A stretch of 64,000 bases of DNA. It comes from Auanema rhodensis. Its lineage: Eukaryota; Animalia; Nematoda. The DNA is taken from NCBI GenBank assembly GCA_964057225.1, contig OZ059900.1, positions 12,958,001 through 13,022,000 of the forward strand. The letters run 5' to 3'. The notes under the pieces were generated by a model. The model was given only the letters and a program-made list of their open reading frames with translations, did not search any database and was not told the origin of the DNA. A program made the position numbers and the translations under genes. The stretch's first letter is position 1. Each line of letters starts with the position of its first letter. This document shows, piece by piece, positions 28,201 through 42,220 of the stretch.

Positions 28201-31200
28201 AACTCAGAAGTTCTCTGGTTAGATTGAGATACTACCTCTAACTTGGGTAATTAAACCAAATCTATTCAGGAAACTTATGAACTGTTCTAGCCTATCGCCG
28301 TATAAGTGATCAGTGTACAAAGCTATACAAAGCTTTATCCAGTCAAACTATAATGTAAAAGACGCGTCATGTTCATATTCAAATTTGTTTTGCTTTGGCA
28401 TCTATAGTGTCATATAATCATACTAAGACAGACAGTTTTCAATATTGCACACTCATGGTGTGCTTTCCAAAATGTATTTCCAACTCAGAAGTTCTCTGGT
28501 TAGATTGAGATACTACCTCTAACTTGGGTAATTAAACCAAATCTATTCAGGAAACTTATGAACTGTTCTAGCCTATCGCCGTATAAGTGATCAGTGTACA
28601 AAGCTATACAAAGCTTCATCCAGTCAAACTATAATGTAAAAGACGCGTCATGTTCATATTCAAATTTGTTTTGCTTTGGCATCTATAGTGTCATATAATC
28701 ATACTAAGACAGACAGTTTTCAATATTGCACACTCATGGTGTGCTTTCCAAAATGTATTTACAACTCAGAAGTTCTCTGGTTAGATTGAGATACTACCTC
28801 TAACTTGGGTAATTAAACCAAATCTATTCAGAAAACTTATGAACTGTTCTAGCCTATCGCCGTATATGTGATCAGTGTACAAAGCTATACAAAGGTATAC
28901 AAAGCTTTATCCAGTCAAACTATAATGTAAAAGACGCGTCATGTTCATATTCAAATTTGTTTTGCTTTGGCATCTATAGTGTCATATAATCATACTAAGA
29001 CAGGCAGTTTTCAATATTGCACACTCATGGTGTGCTTTCCAAAATGTATTTCCAACTCAGAAGTTCTCTGGTTAGATTGAGATACTACCTCTAACTTGGG
29101 TAATTAAACCAAATCTATTCAGGAAACTTATGAACTGTTCTAGCCTATCGCCGTATATGTGATCAGTGTACAAAGCTATACAAAGCTTTATCCGGTCAAA
29201 CTATAATGTAAAAGACGCGTCATGTTCATATTCAAATTTGTTTTGCTTTGGCATCTATAGTGTCATATAATCATACTAAGACAGGCAGTTTTCAATATTG
29301 CACACTCATGGTGTGCTTTCCAAAATGTATTTCCAACTCAGAAGTTCTCTGGTTAGATTGAGATACTACCTCTAACTTGGGTAATTAACCCAAATCTATT
29401 CAGGAAACTTATGAACTGTTCTAGCCTATCGCCGTATATGTGATCAGTGTACAAAGCTATACAAAGCTTTATCCGGTCAAACTATAATGTAAAAGACGCG
29501 TCATGTTCATATTCAAATTTGTTTTGCTTTGGCATCTATAGTGTCATATAATCATACTAAGACAGGCAGTTTTCAATATTGCACACTCATGGTGTGCTTT
29601 CCAAAATGTATTTCCAACTCAGAAGTTCTCTGGTTAGATTGAGATACTACCTCTAACTTGGGTAATTAAACCAAATCTATTCAGGAAACTTATGAACTGT
29701 TCTAGCCTATCGCCGTATAAGTGATCAGTGTACAAAGCTATACAAAGCTTTATCCGGTCAAACTATAATGTAAAAGACGCGCCATGTTCATATTCAAATT
29801 TGTTTTGCTTTGGCATCTATAGTGTCATATAATCATACTAAGACAGACAGTTTTCAATATTGCACACTCATGGTGTGCTTTCCAAAATGTATTTCCAACT
29901 CAGAAGTTCTCTGGTTAGATTGAGATACTACCTCTAACTTGGGTAATTAAACCAAATCTATTCAGAAAACTTATGAACTGTTCTAGCCTATCGCCGTATA
30001 TGTGATCAGTGTACAAAGCTATACAAAGGTATACAAAGCTTTATCCAGTCAAACTATAATGTAAAAGACGCGTCATGTTCATATTCAAATTTGTTTTGCT
30101 TTGGCATCTATAGTGTCATATAATCATACTAAGACAGACAGTTTTCAATATTGCACACTCATGGTGTGCTTTCCAAAATGTATTTCCAACTCAGAAGTTC
30201 TCTGGTTAGATTGAGATACTACCTCTAACTTGGGTAATTAAACCAAATCTATTATGGAAACTTATGAACTGTTCTAGCCTATCGCCGTATAAGTGATCAG
30301 TGTACAAAGCTATACAAAGCTTTATCCGGTCAAACTATAATGTAAAAGACGCGTCATGTTCATATTCAAATTTGTTTTGCTTTGGCATCTATAGTGTCAT
30401 ATAATCATACTAAGACAGACAGTTTTCAATATTGCACACTCATGGTGTGCTTTCCAAAATGTATTTCCAACTCAGAAGTTCTCTGGTTAGATTGAGATAC
30501 TACCTCTAACTTGGGTAATTAAACCAAATCTATTATGGAAACTTATGAACTGTTCTAGCCTATCGCCGTATAAGTGATCAGTGTACAAAGCTATACAAAG
30601 CTTTATCCAGTCAAACTATAATGTAAAAGACGCGTCATGTTCATATTCAAATTTGTTTTGCTTTGGCATCTATAGTGTCATATAATCATACTAAGACAGA
30701 CAGTTTTCAATATTGCACACTCATGGTGTGCTTTCCAAAATGTATTTCCAACTCAGAAGTTCTCTGGTTAGATTGAGATACTACCTCTAACTTGGGTAAT
30801 TAAACCAAATCTATTATGGAAACTTATGAACTGTTCTAGCCTATCGCCGTATAAGTGATCAGTGTACAAAGCTATACAAAGCTTTATCCGGTCAAACTAT
30901 AATGTAAAAGACGCGCCATGTTCATATTCAAATTTGTTTTGCTTTGGCATCTATAGTGTCATATAATCATACTAAGACAGACAGTTTTCAATATTGCACA
31001 CTCATGGTGTGCTTTCCAAAATGTATTTCCAACTCAGAAGTTCTCTGGTTAGATTGAGGTACTACCTCTAACTTGGGTAATTAAACCAAATCTATTCAGG
31101 AAACTTATGAACTGTTCTAGCCTATCGCCGTATAAGTGATCAGTGTACAAAGCTATACAAAGCTTTATCCAGTCAAACTATAATGTAAAAGACGCGTCAT

Positions 31201-31542
31201 GTTCATATTCAAATTTGTTTTGCTTTGCCATCTATAGTGTCATATAATCATACTAAGACAGACAGTTTTCAATATTGCACACTCATGGTGTGCTTTCCAA
31301 AATGTATTTCCAACTCAGAAGTTCTCTGGTTAGATTGAGGTACTACCTCTAACTTGGGTAATTAAACCAAATCTATTCAGGAAACTTATGAACTGTTCTA
31401 GCCTATCGCCGTATAAGTGATCAGTGTACAAAGCTATACAAAGCTTTATCCAGTCAAACTATAATGTAAAAGACGCGTCATGTTCATATTCAAATTTGTT
31501 TTGCTTTGGCATCTATAGTGTCATATAATCATACTAAGACAG

Positions 31543-34500
31543 ACAGTTTTCAATATTGCACACTCATGGTGTGCTTTCCAAAATGTATTTCCAACTCAGA
31601 AGTTCTCTGGTTAGATTGAGGTACTACCTCTAACTTGGGTAATTAAACCAAATCTATTCAGGAAACTTATGAACTGTTCTAGCCTATCGCCGTATAAGTG
31701 ATCAGTGTACAAAGCTATACAAAGCTTTATCCAGTCAAACTATAATGTAAAAGACGCGTCATGTTCATATTCAAATTTGTTTTGCTTTGCCATCTATAGT
31801 GTCATATAATCATACTAAGACAGACAGTTTTCAATATTGCACACTCATGGTGTGCTTTCCAAAATGTATTTCCAACTCAGAAGTTCTCTGGTTAGATTGA
31901 GGTACTACCTCTAACTTGGGTAATTAAACCAAATCTATTCAGGAAACTTATGAACTGTTCTAGCCTATCGCCGTATAAGTGATCAGTGTACAAAGCTATA
32001 CAAAGCTTTATCCAGTCAAACTATAATGTAAAAGACGCGTCATGTTCATATTCAAATTTGTTTTGCTTTGGCATCTATAATGTCATATAATCATACTAAG
32101 ACAGACAGTTTTCAATATTGCACACTCATGGTGTGCAATCCAAAATGTATTTCCAACTCAGAAGTTCTCTGGTTAGATTGAGATACTACCTCTAACTTGG
32201 GTAATTAAACCAAATCTATTCAGGAAACTTATGAACTGTTCTAGCCTATCGCCGTAAAAGTGATCAGTGTACAAAGCTATACAAAGCTTTATCCAGTCAA
32301 ACTATAATGTAAAAGACGCGTCATGTTCATATTCAAATTTGTTTTGCTTTGGCATCTATAGTGTCATATAATCATACTAAGACAGACAGTTTTCAATATT
32401 GCACACTCATGGTGTGCTTTCCAAAATGTATTTCCAACTCAGAAGTTCTCTGGTTAGATTGAGATACTACCTCTAACTTGGGTAATTAAACCAAATCTAT
32501 TCAGGAAACTTATGAACTGTTCTAGCCTATCGCCGTATAAGTGATCAGTGTACAAAGCTATACAAAGCTTTATCCAGTCAAACTATAATGTAAAAGACGC
32601 GTCATGTTCATATTCAAATTTGTTTTGCTTTGGCATCTATAGTGTCATATAATCATACTAAGACAGACAGTTTTCAATATTGCACACTCATGGTGTGCTT
32701 TCCAAAATGTATTTCCAACTCAGAAGTTCTCTGGTTAGAATGAGATACTACCTCTAACTTGGGTAATTAAACCAAATCTATTCAGGAAACTTATGAACTG
32801 TTGTAGCCTATCGCCGTATAAGTGATCAGTGTACAAAGCTATACAAAGCTTTATCCAGTCAAACTATAATGTAAAAGACGCGTCATGTTCATATTCAAAT
32901 TTGTTTTGCTTTGGCATCTATAGTGTCATATAATCATACTAAGACAGACAGTTTTCAATATTGCACACTCATGGTGTGCTTTCCAAAATGTATTTCCAAC
33001 TCAGAAGTTCTCTGGTTAGATTGAGATACTACCTCTAACTTGGGTAATTAAACCAAATCTATTCAGGAAACTTATGAACTGTTCTAGCCTATCGCCGTAT
33101 ATGTGATCAGTGTACAAAGCTATACAAAGCTTTATCCAGTCAAACTATAATGTAAAAGACGCGTCATGTTCATATTCAAATTTGTTTTGCTTTGGCATCT
33201 ATAGTGTCATATAATCATACTAAGACAGACAGTTTTCAATATTGCACACTCATGGTGTGCTTTCCAAAATGTATTTCCAACTCAGAAGTTCTCTGGTTAG
33301 ATTGAGATACTACCTCTAACTTGGGTAATTAAACCAAATCTATTATGGAAACTTATGAACTGTTCTAGCCTATCGCCGTATAAGTGATCAGTGTACAAAG
33401 CTATACAAAGCTTTATCCGGTCAAACTATAATGTAAAAGACGCGCCATGTTCATATTCAAATTTGTTTTGCTTTGGCATCTATAGTGTCATATAATCATA
33501 CTAAGACAGACAGTTTTCAATATTGCACACTCATGGTGTGCTTTCCAAAATGTATTTCCAACTCAGAAGTTCTCTGGTTAGATTGAGATACTACCTCTAA
33601 CTTGGGTAATTAAACCAAATCTATTCAGGAAACTTATGAACTGTTCTAGCCTATCGCCGTATAAGTGATCAGTGTACAAAGCTATACAAAGCTTTATCCA
33701 GTCAAACTATAATGTAAAAGACGCGTCATGTTCATATTCAAATTTGTTTTGCTTTGGCATCTATAGTGTCATATAATCATACTAAGACAGACAGTTTTCA
33801 ATATTGCACACTCATGGTGTGCTTTCCAAAATGTATTTCCAACTCAGAAGTTCTCTGGTTAGATTGAGGTACTACCTCTAACTTGGGTAATTAAACCAAA
33901 TCTATTCAGGAAACTTATGAACTGTTCTAGCCTATCGCCGTATAAGTGATCAGTGTACAAAGCTATACAAAGCTTTATCCAGTCAAACTATAATGTAAAA
34001 GACGCGTCATGTTCATATTCAAATTTGTTTTGCTTTGCCATCTATAGTGTCATATAATCATACTAAGACAGACAGTTTTCAATATTGCACACTCATGGTG
34101 TGCTTTCCAAAATGTATTTCCAACTCAGAAGTTCTCTGGTTAGATTGAGGTACTACCTCTAACTTGGGTAATTAAACCAAATCTATTCAGGAAACTTATG
34201 AACTGTTCTAGCCTATCGCCGTATAAGTGATCAGTGTACAAAGCTATACAAAGCTTTATCCAGTCAAACTATAATGTAAAAGACGCGTCATGTTCATATT
34301 CAAATTTGTTTTGCTTTGGCATCTATAGTGTCATATAATCATACTAAGACAGACAGTTTTCAATATTGCACACTCATGGTGTGCAATCCAAAATGTATTT
34401 CCAACTCAGAAGTTCTCTGGTTAGATTGAGATACTACCTCTAACTTGGGTAATTAAACCAAATCTATTCAGGAAACTTATGAACTGTTCTAGCCTATCGC

Positions 34501-35476
34501 CGTAAAAGTGATCAGTGTACAAAGCTATACAAAGCTTTATCCAGTCAAACTATAATGTAAAAGACGCGTCATGTTCATATTCAAATTTGTTTTGCTTTGG
34601 CATCTATAGTGTCATATAATCATACTAAGACAGACAGTTTTCAATATTGCACACTCATGGTGTGCTTTCCAAAATGTATTTCCAACTCAGAAGTTCTCTG
34701 GTTAGATTGAGATACTACCTCTAACTTGGGTAATTAAACCAAATCTATTCAGGAAACTTATGAACTGTTCTAGCCTATCGCCGTATAAGTGATCAGTGTA
34801 CAAAGCTATACAAAGCTTTATCCAGTCAAACTATAATGTAAAAGACGCGTCATGTTCATATTCAAATTTGTTTTGCTTTGGCATCTATAGTGTCATATAA
34901 TCATACTAAGACAGACAGTTTTCAATATTGCACACTCATGGTGTGCTTTCCAAAATGTATTTCCAACTCAGAAGTTCTCTGGTTAGAATGAGATACTACC
35001 TCTAACTTGGGTAATTAAACCAAATCTATTCAGGAAACTTATGAACTGTTGTAGCCTATCGCCGTATAAGTGATCAGTGTACAAAGCTATACAAAGCTTT
35101 ATCCAGTCAAACTATAATGTAAAAGACGCGTCATGTTCATATTCAAATTTGTTTTGCTTTGGCATCTATAGTGTCATATAATCATACTAAGACAGACAGT
35201 TTTCAATATTGCACACTCATGGTGTGCTTTCCAAAATGTATTTCCAACTCAGAAGTTCTCTGGTTAGATTGAGATACTACCTCTAACTTGGGTAATTAAA
35301 CCAAATCTATTCAGGAAACTTATGAACTGTTCTAGCCTATCGCCGTATATGTGATCAGTGTACAAAGCTATACAAAGCTTTATCCAGTCAAACTATAATG
35401 TAAAAGACGCGTCATGTTCATATTCAAATTTGTTTTGCTTTGGCATCTATAGTGTCATATAATCATACTAAGACAG
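31543..35476 (+). repeat. Block duplication with 8-monomer (2248 bp) offset: 31543-33228 repeated at 33791-35476
   Basis: Private variant CGTAAAAG at 32257 and 34505, with the same order of A79G/G248C, TT33-34AA, T74A/C137G and A155T monomers. Confidence 0.88.
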
Positions 35477-38400
35477 ACAGTTTTCAATATTGCACACTCA
35501 TGGTGTGCTTTCCAAAATGTATTTCCAACTCAGAAGTTCTCTGGTTAGATTGAGATACTACCTCTAACTTGGGTAATTAAACCAAATCTATTCAGGAAAC
35601 TTATGAACTGTTCTAGCCTATCGCCGTATAAGTGATCAGTGTACAAAGCTATACAAAGCTTTATCCAGTCAAACTATAATGTAAAAGACGCGTCATGTTC
35701 ATATTCAAATTTGTTTTGCTTTGGCATCTATAGTGTCATATAATCATACTAAGACAGACAGTTTTCAATATTGCACACTCATGGTGTGCTTTCCAAAATG
35801 TATTTCCAACTCAGAAGTTCTCTGGTTAGATTGAGATACTACCTCTAACTTGGGTAATTAAACCAAATCTATTCAGGAAACTTATGAACTGTTCTAGCCT
35901 ATCGCCGTATAAGTGATCAGTGTACAAAGCTATACAAAGCTTTATCCAGTCAAACTATAATGTAAAAGACGCGTCATGTTCATATTCAAATTTGTTTTGC
36001 TTTGGCATCTATAGTGTCATATAATCATACTAAGACAGACAGTTTTCAATATTGCACACTCATGGTGTGCTTTCCAAAATGTATTTCCAACTCAGAAGTT
36101 CTCTGGTTAGATTGAGATACTACCTCTAACTTGGGTAATTAAACCAAATCTATTCAGGAAACTTATGAACTGTTCTAGCCTATCGCCGTATAAGTGATCA
36201 GTGTACAAAGCTATACAAAGCTTTATCCAGTCAAACTATAATGTAAAAGACGCGTCATGTTCATATTCAAATTTGTTTTGCTTTGGCATCTATAGTGTCA
36301 TATAATCATACTAAGACAGACAGTTTTCAATATTGCACACTCATGGTGTGCTTTCCAAAATGTATTTCCAACTCAGAAGTTCTCTGGTTAGATTGAGATA
36401 CTACCTCTAACTTGGGTAATTAAACCAAATCTATTCAGGAAACTTATGAACTGTTCTAGCCTATCGCCGTATAAGTGATCAGTGTACAAAGCTATACAAA
36501 GCTTTATCTAGTCAAACTATAATGTAAAAGACGCGTCATGTTCATATTCAAATTTGTTTTGCTTTGGCATCTATAGTGTCATATAATCATACTAAGACAG
36601 ACAGTTTTCAATATTGCACACTCATGGTGTGCTTTCCAAAATGTATTTCCAACTCAGAAGTTCTCTGGTTAGAATGAGATACTACCCCTAACTTGGGTAA
36701 TTAAACCAAATCTATTCAGGAAACTTATGAACTGTTGTAGCCTATCGCCGTATAAGTGATCAGTGTACAAAGCTATACAAAGCTTTATCCAGTCAAACTA
36801 TAATGTAAAAGACGCGTCATGTTCATATTCAAATTTGTTTTGCTTTGGCATCTATAGTGTCATATAATCATACTAAGACAGACAGTTTTCAATATTGCAC
36901 ACTCATGGTGTGCTTTCCAAAATGTATTTCCAACTCAGAAGTTCTCTGGTTAGATTGAGATACTACCTCTAACTTGGGTAATTAAACCAAATCTATTCAG
37001 GAAACTTATGAACTGTTCTAGCCTATCGCCGTATATGTGATCAGTGTACAAAGCTATACAAAGCTTTATCCAGTCAAACTATAATGTAAAAGACGCGTCA
37101 TGTTCATATTCAAATTTGTTTTGCTTTGGCATCTATAGTGTCATATAATCATACTAAGACAGACAGTTTTCAATATTGCACACTCATGGTGTGCTTTCCA
37201 AAATGTATTTCCAACTCAGAAGTTCTCTGGTTAGATTGAGATACTACCTCTAACTTGGGTAATTAAACCAAATCTATTCAGGAAACTTATGAACTGTTCT
37301 AGCCTATCGCCGTATATGTGATCAGTGTACAAAGCTATACAAAGCTTTATCCAGTCAAACTATAATGTAAAAGACGCGTCATGTTCATATTCAAATTTGT
37401 TTTGCTTTGGCATCTATAGTGTCATATAATCATACTAAGACAGACAGTTTTCAATATTGCACACTCATGGTGTGCTTTCCAAAATGTATTTCCAACTCAG
37501 AAGTTCTCTGGTTAGATTGAGATACTACCTCTAACTTGGGTAATTAAACCAAATCTATTCAGGAAACTTATGAACTGTTCTAGCCTATCGCCGTATATGT
37601 GATCAGTGTACAAAGCTATACAAAGCTTTATCCGGTCAAACTATAATGTAAAAGACGCGTCATGTTCATATTCAAATTTGTTTTGCTTTGGCATCTATAG
37701 TGTCATATAATCATACTAAGACAGGCAGTTTTCAATATTGCACACTCATGGTGTGCTTTCCAAAATGTATTTCCAACTCAGAAGTTCTCTGGTTAGATTG
37801 AGATACTACCTCTAACTTGGGTAATTAAACCAAATCTATTCAGGAAACTTATGAACTGTTCTAGCCTATCGCCGTATAAGTGATCAGTGTACAAAGCTAT
37901 ACAAAGCTTTATCCGGTCAAACTATAATGTAAAAGACGCGCCATGTTCATATTCAAATTTGTTTTGCTTTGGCATCTATAGTGTCATATAATCATACTAA
38001 GACAGACAGTTTTCAATATTGCACACTCATGGTGTGCTTTCCAAAATGTATTTCCAACTCAGAAGTTCTCTGGTTAGATTGAGATACTACCTCTAACTTG
38101 GGTAATTAAACCAAATCTATTCAGGAAACTTATGAACTGTTCTAGCCTATCGCCGTATAAGTGATCAGTGTACAAAGCTATACAAAGCTTTATCCGGTCA
38201 AACTATAATGTAAAAGACGCGTCATGTTCATATTCAAATTTGTTTTGCTTTGGCATCTATAGTGTCATATAATCATACTAAGACAGACAGTTTTCAATAT
38301 TGCACACTCATGGTGTGCTTTCCAAAATGTATTTCCAACTCAGAAGTTCTCTGGTTAGATTGAGATACTACCTCTAACTTGGGTAATTAAACCAAATCTA

Positions 38401-39129
38401 TTCAGGAAACTTATGAACTGTTCTAGCCTATCGCCGTATATGTGATCAGTGTACAAAGCTATACAAAGCTTTATCCGGTCAAACTATAATGTAAAAGACG
38501 CGTCATGTTCATATTCAAATTTGTTTTGCTTTGGCATCTATAGGGTCATATAATCATACTAAGACAGACAGTTTTCAATATTGCACACTCATGGTGTGCT
38601 TTCCAAAATGTATTTCCAACTCAGAAGTTCTCTGGTTAGATTGAGATACTACCTCTAACTTGGGTAATTAAACCAAATCTATTCAGGAAACTTATGAACT
38701 GTTCTAGCCTATCGCCGTATAAGTGATCAGTGTACAAAGCTATACAAAGCTTTATCCAGTCAAACTATAATGTAAAAGACGCGTCATGTTCATATTCAAA
38801 TTTGTTTTGCTTTGGCATCTATAGTGTCATATAATCATACTAAGACAGACAGTTTTCAATATTGCACACTCATGGTGTGCTTTCCAAAATGTATTTCCAA
38901 CTCAGAAGTTCTCTGGTTAGATTGAGATACTACCTCTAACTTGGGTAATTAAACCAAATCTATTCAGGAAACTTATGAACTGTTCTAGCCTATCGCCGTA
39001 TAAGTGATCAGTGTACAAAGCTATACAAAGCTTTATCCGGTCAAACTATAATGTAAAAGACGCGCCATGTTCATATTCAAATTTGTTTTGCTTTGGCATC
39101 TATAGTGTCATATAATCATACTAAGACAG

Positions 39130-42100
39130 ACAGTTTTCAATATTGCACACTCATGGTGTGCTTTCCAAAATGTATTTCCAACTCAGAAGTTCTCTGGTTA
39201 GATTGAGATACTACCTCTAACTTGGGTAATTAAACCAAATCTATTATGGAAACTTATGAACTGTTCTAGCCTATCGCCGTATAAGTGATCAGTGTACAAA
39301 GCTATACAAAGCTTTATCCGGTCAAACTATAATGTAAAAGACGCGTCATGTTCATATTCAAATTTGTTTTGCTTTGGCATCTATAGTGTCATATAATCAT
39401 ACTAAGACAGACAGTTTTCAATATTGCACACTCATGGTGTGCTTTCCAAAATGTATTTCCAACTCAGAAGTTCTCTGGTTAGATTGAGATACTACCTCTA
39501 ACTTGGGTAATTAAACCAAATCTATTCAGGAAACTTATGAACTGTTCTAGCCTATCGCCGTATAAGTGATCAGTGTACAAAGCTATACAAAGCTTTATCC
39601 GGTCAAACTATAATGTAAAAGACGCGTCATGTTCATATTCAAATTTGTTTTGCTTTGGCATCTATAGGGTCATATAATCATACTAAGACAGACAGTTTTC
39701 AATATTGCACACTCATGGTGTGCTTTCCAAAATGTATTTCCAACTCAGAAGTTCTCTGGTTAGATTGAGATACTACCTCTAACTTGGGTAATTAAACCAA
39801 ATCTATTCAGGAAACTTATGAACTGTTCTAGCCTATCGCCGTATAAGTGATCAGTGTACAAAGCTATACAAAGCTTTATCCAGTCAAACTATAATGTAAA
39901 AGACGCGTCATGTTCATATTCGAATTTGTTTTGCTTTGGCATCTATAGTGTCATATAATCATACTAAGACAGACAGTTTTCAATATTGCACACTCATGGT
40001 GTGCTTTCCAAAATGTATTTCCAACTCAGAAGTTCTCTGGTTAGATTGAGATACTACCTCTAACTTGGGTAATTAAACCAAATCTATTCAGGAAACTTAT
40101 GAACTGTTCTAGCCTATCGCCGTATAAGTGATCAGTGTACAAAGCTATACAAAGCTTTATCCGGTCAAACTATAATGTAAAAGACGCGTCATGTTCATAT
40201 TCAAATTTGTTTTGCTTTGGCATCTATAGGGTCATATAATCATACTAAGACAGACAGTTTTCAATATTGCACACTCATGGTGTGCTTTCCAAAATGTATT
40301 TCCAACTCAGAAGTTCTCTGGTTAGATTGAGATACTACCTCTAACTTGGGTAATTAAACCAAATCTATTATGGAAACTTATGAACTGTTCTAGCCTATCG
40401 CCGTATAAGTGATCAGTGTACAAAGCTATACAAAGCTTTATCCGGTCAAACTATAATGTAAAAGACGCGCCATGTTCATATTCAAATTTGTTTTGCTTTG
40501 GCATCTATAGTGTCATATAATCATACTAAGACAGACAGTTTTCAATATTGCACACTCATGGTGTGCTTTCCAAACTGTATTTCCAACTCAGAAGTTCTCT
40601 GGTTAGATTGAGATACTACCTCTAACTTGGGTAATTAAACCAAATCTATTATGGAAACTTATGAACTGTTCTAGCCTATCGCCGTATAAGTGATCAGTGT
40701 ACAAAGCTATACAAAGCTTTATCCGGTCAAACTATAATGTAAAAGACGCGCCATGTTCATATTCAAATTTGTTTTGCTTTGGCATCTATAGTGTCATATA
40801 ATCATACTAAGACAGACAGTTTTCAATATTGCACACTCATGGTGTGCTTTCCAAAATGTATTTCCAACTCAGAAGTTCTCTGGTTAGATTGAGATACTAC
40901 CTCTAACTTGGGTAATTAAACCAAATCTATTCAGGAAACTTATGAACTGTTCTAGCCTATCGCCGTATAAGTGATCAGTGTACAAAGCTATACAAAGCTT
41001 TATCCGGTCAAACTATAATGTAAAAGACGCGTCATGTTCATATTCAAATTTGTTTTGCTTTGGCATCTATAGTGTCATATAATCATACTAAGACAGACAG
41101 TTTTCAATATTGCACACTCATGGTGTGCTTTCCAAAATGTATTTCCAACTCAGAAGTTCTCTGGTTAGATTGAGATACTACCTCTAACTTGGGTAATTAA
41201 ACCAAATCTATTATGGAAACTTATGAACTGTTCTAGCCTATCGCCGTATAAGTGATCAGTGTACAAAGCTATACAAAGCTTTATCCGGTCAAACTATAAT
41301 GTAAAAGACGCGTCATGTTCATATTCAAATTTGTTTTGCTTTGGCATCTATAGTGTCATATAATCATACTAAGACAGACAGTTTTCAATATTGCACACTC
41401 ATGGTGTGCTTTCCAAAATGTATTTCCAACTCAGAAGTTCTCTGGTTAGATTGAGATACTACCTCTAACTTGGGTAATTAAACCAAATCTATTCAGGAAA
41501 CTTATGAACTGTTCTAGCCTATCGCCGTATAAGTGATCAGTGTACAAAGCTATACAAAGCTTTATCCGGTCAAACTATAATGTAAAAGACGCGTCATGTT
41601 CATATTCAAATTTGTTTTGCTTTGGCATCTATAGGGTCATATAATCATACTAAGACAGACAGTTTTCAATATTGCACACTCATGGTGTGCTTTCCAAAAT
41701 GTATTTCCAACTCAGAAGTTCTCTGGTTAGATTGAGATACTACCTCTAACTTGGGTAATTAAACCAAATCTATTCAGGAAACTTATGAACTGTTCTAGCC
41801 TATCGCCGTATAAGTGATCAGTGTACAAAGCTATACAAAGCTTTATCCAGTCAAACTATAATGTAAAAGACGCGTCATGTTCATATTCGAATTTGTTTTG
41901 CTTTGGCATCTATAGTGTCATATAATCATACTAAGACAGACAGTTTTCAATATTGCACACTCATGGTGTGCTTTCCAAAATGTATTTCCAACTCAGAAGT
42001 TCTCTGGTTAGATTGAGATACTACCTCTAACTTGGGTAATTAAACCAAATCTATTCAGGAAACTTATGAACTGTTCTAGCCTATCGCCGTATAAGTGATC

Positions 42101-42220
42101 AGTGTACAAAGCTATACAAAGCTTTATCCGGTCAAACTATAATGTAAAAGACGCGTCATGTTCATATTCAAATTTGTTTTGCTTTGGCATCTATAGGGTC
42201 ATATAATCATACTAAGACAG
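39130..42220 (+). repeat. Block duplication with 7-monomer (1967 bp) offset: 39130-40253 repeated at 41097-42220
   Basis: A231G at 39922 and 41889, with matching flanking monomer haplotypes. Confidence 0.85.
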
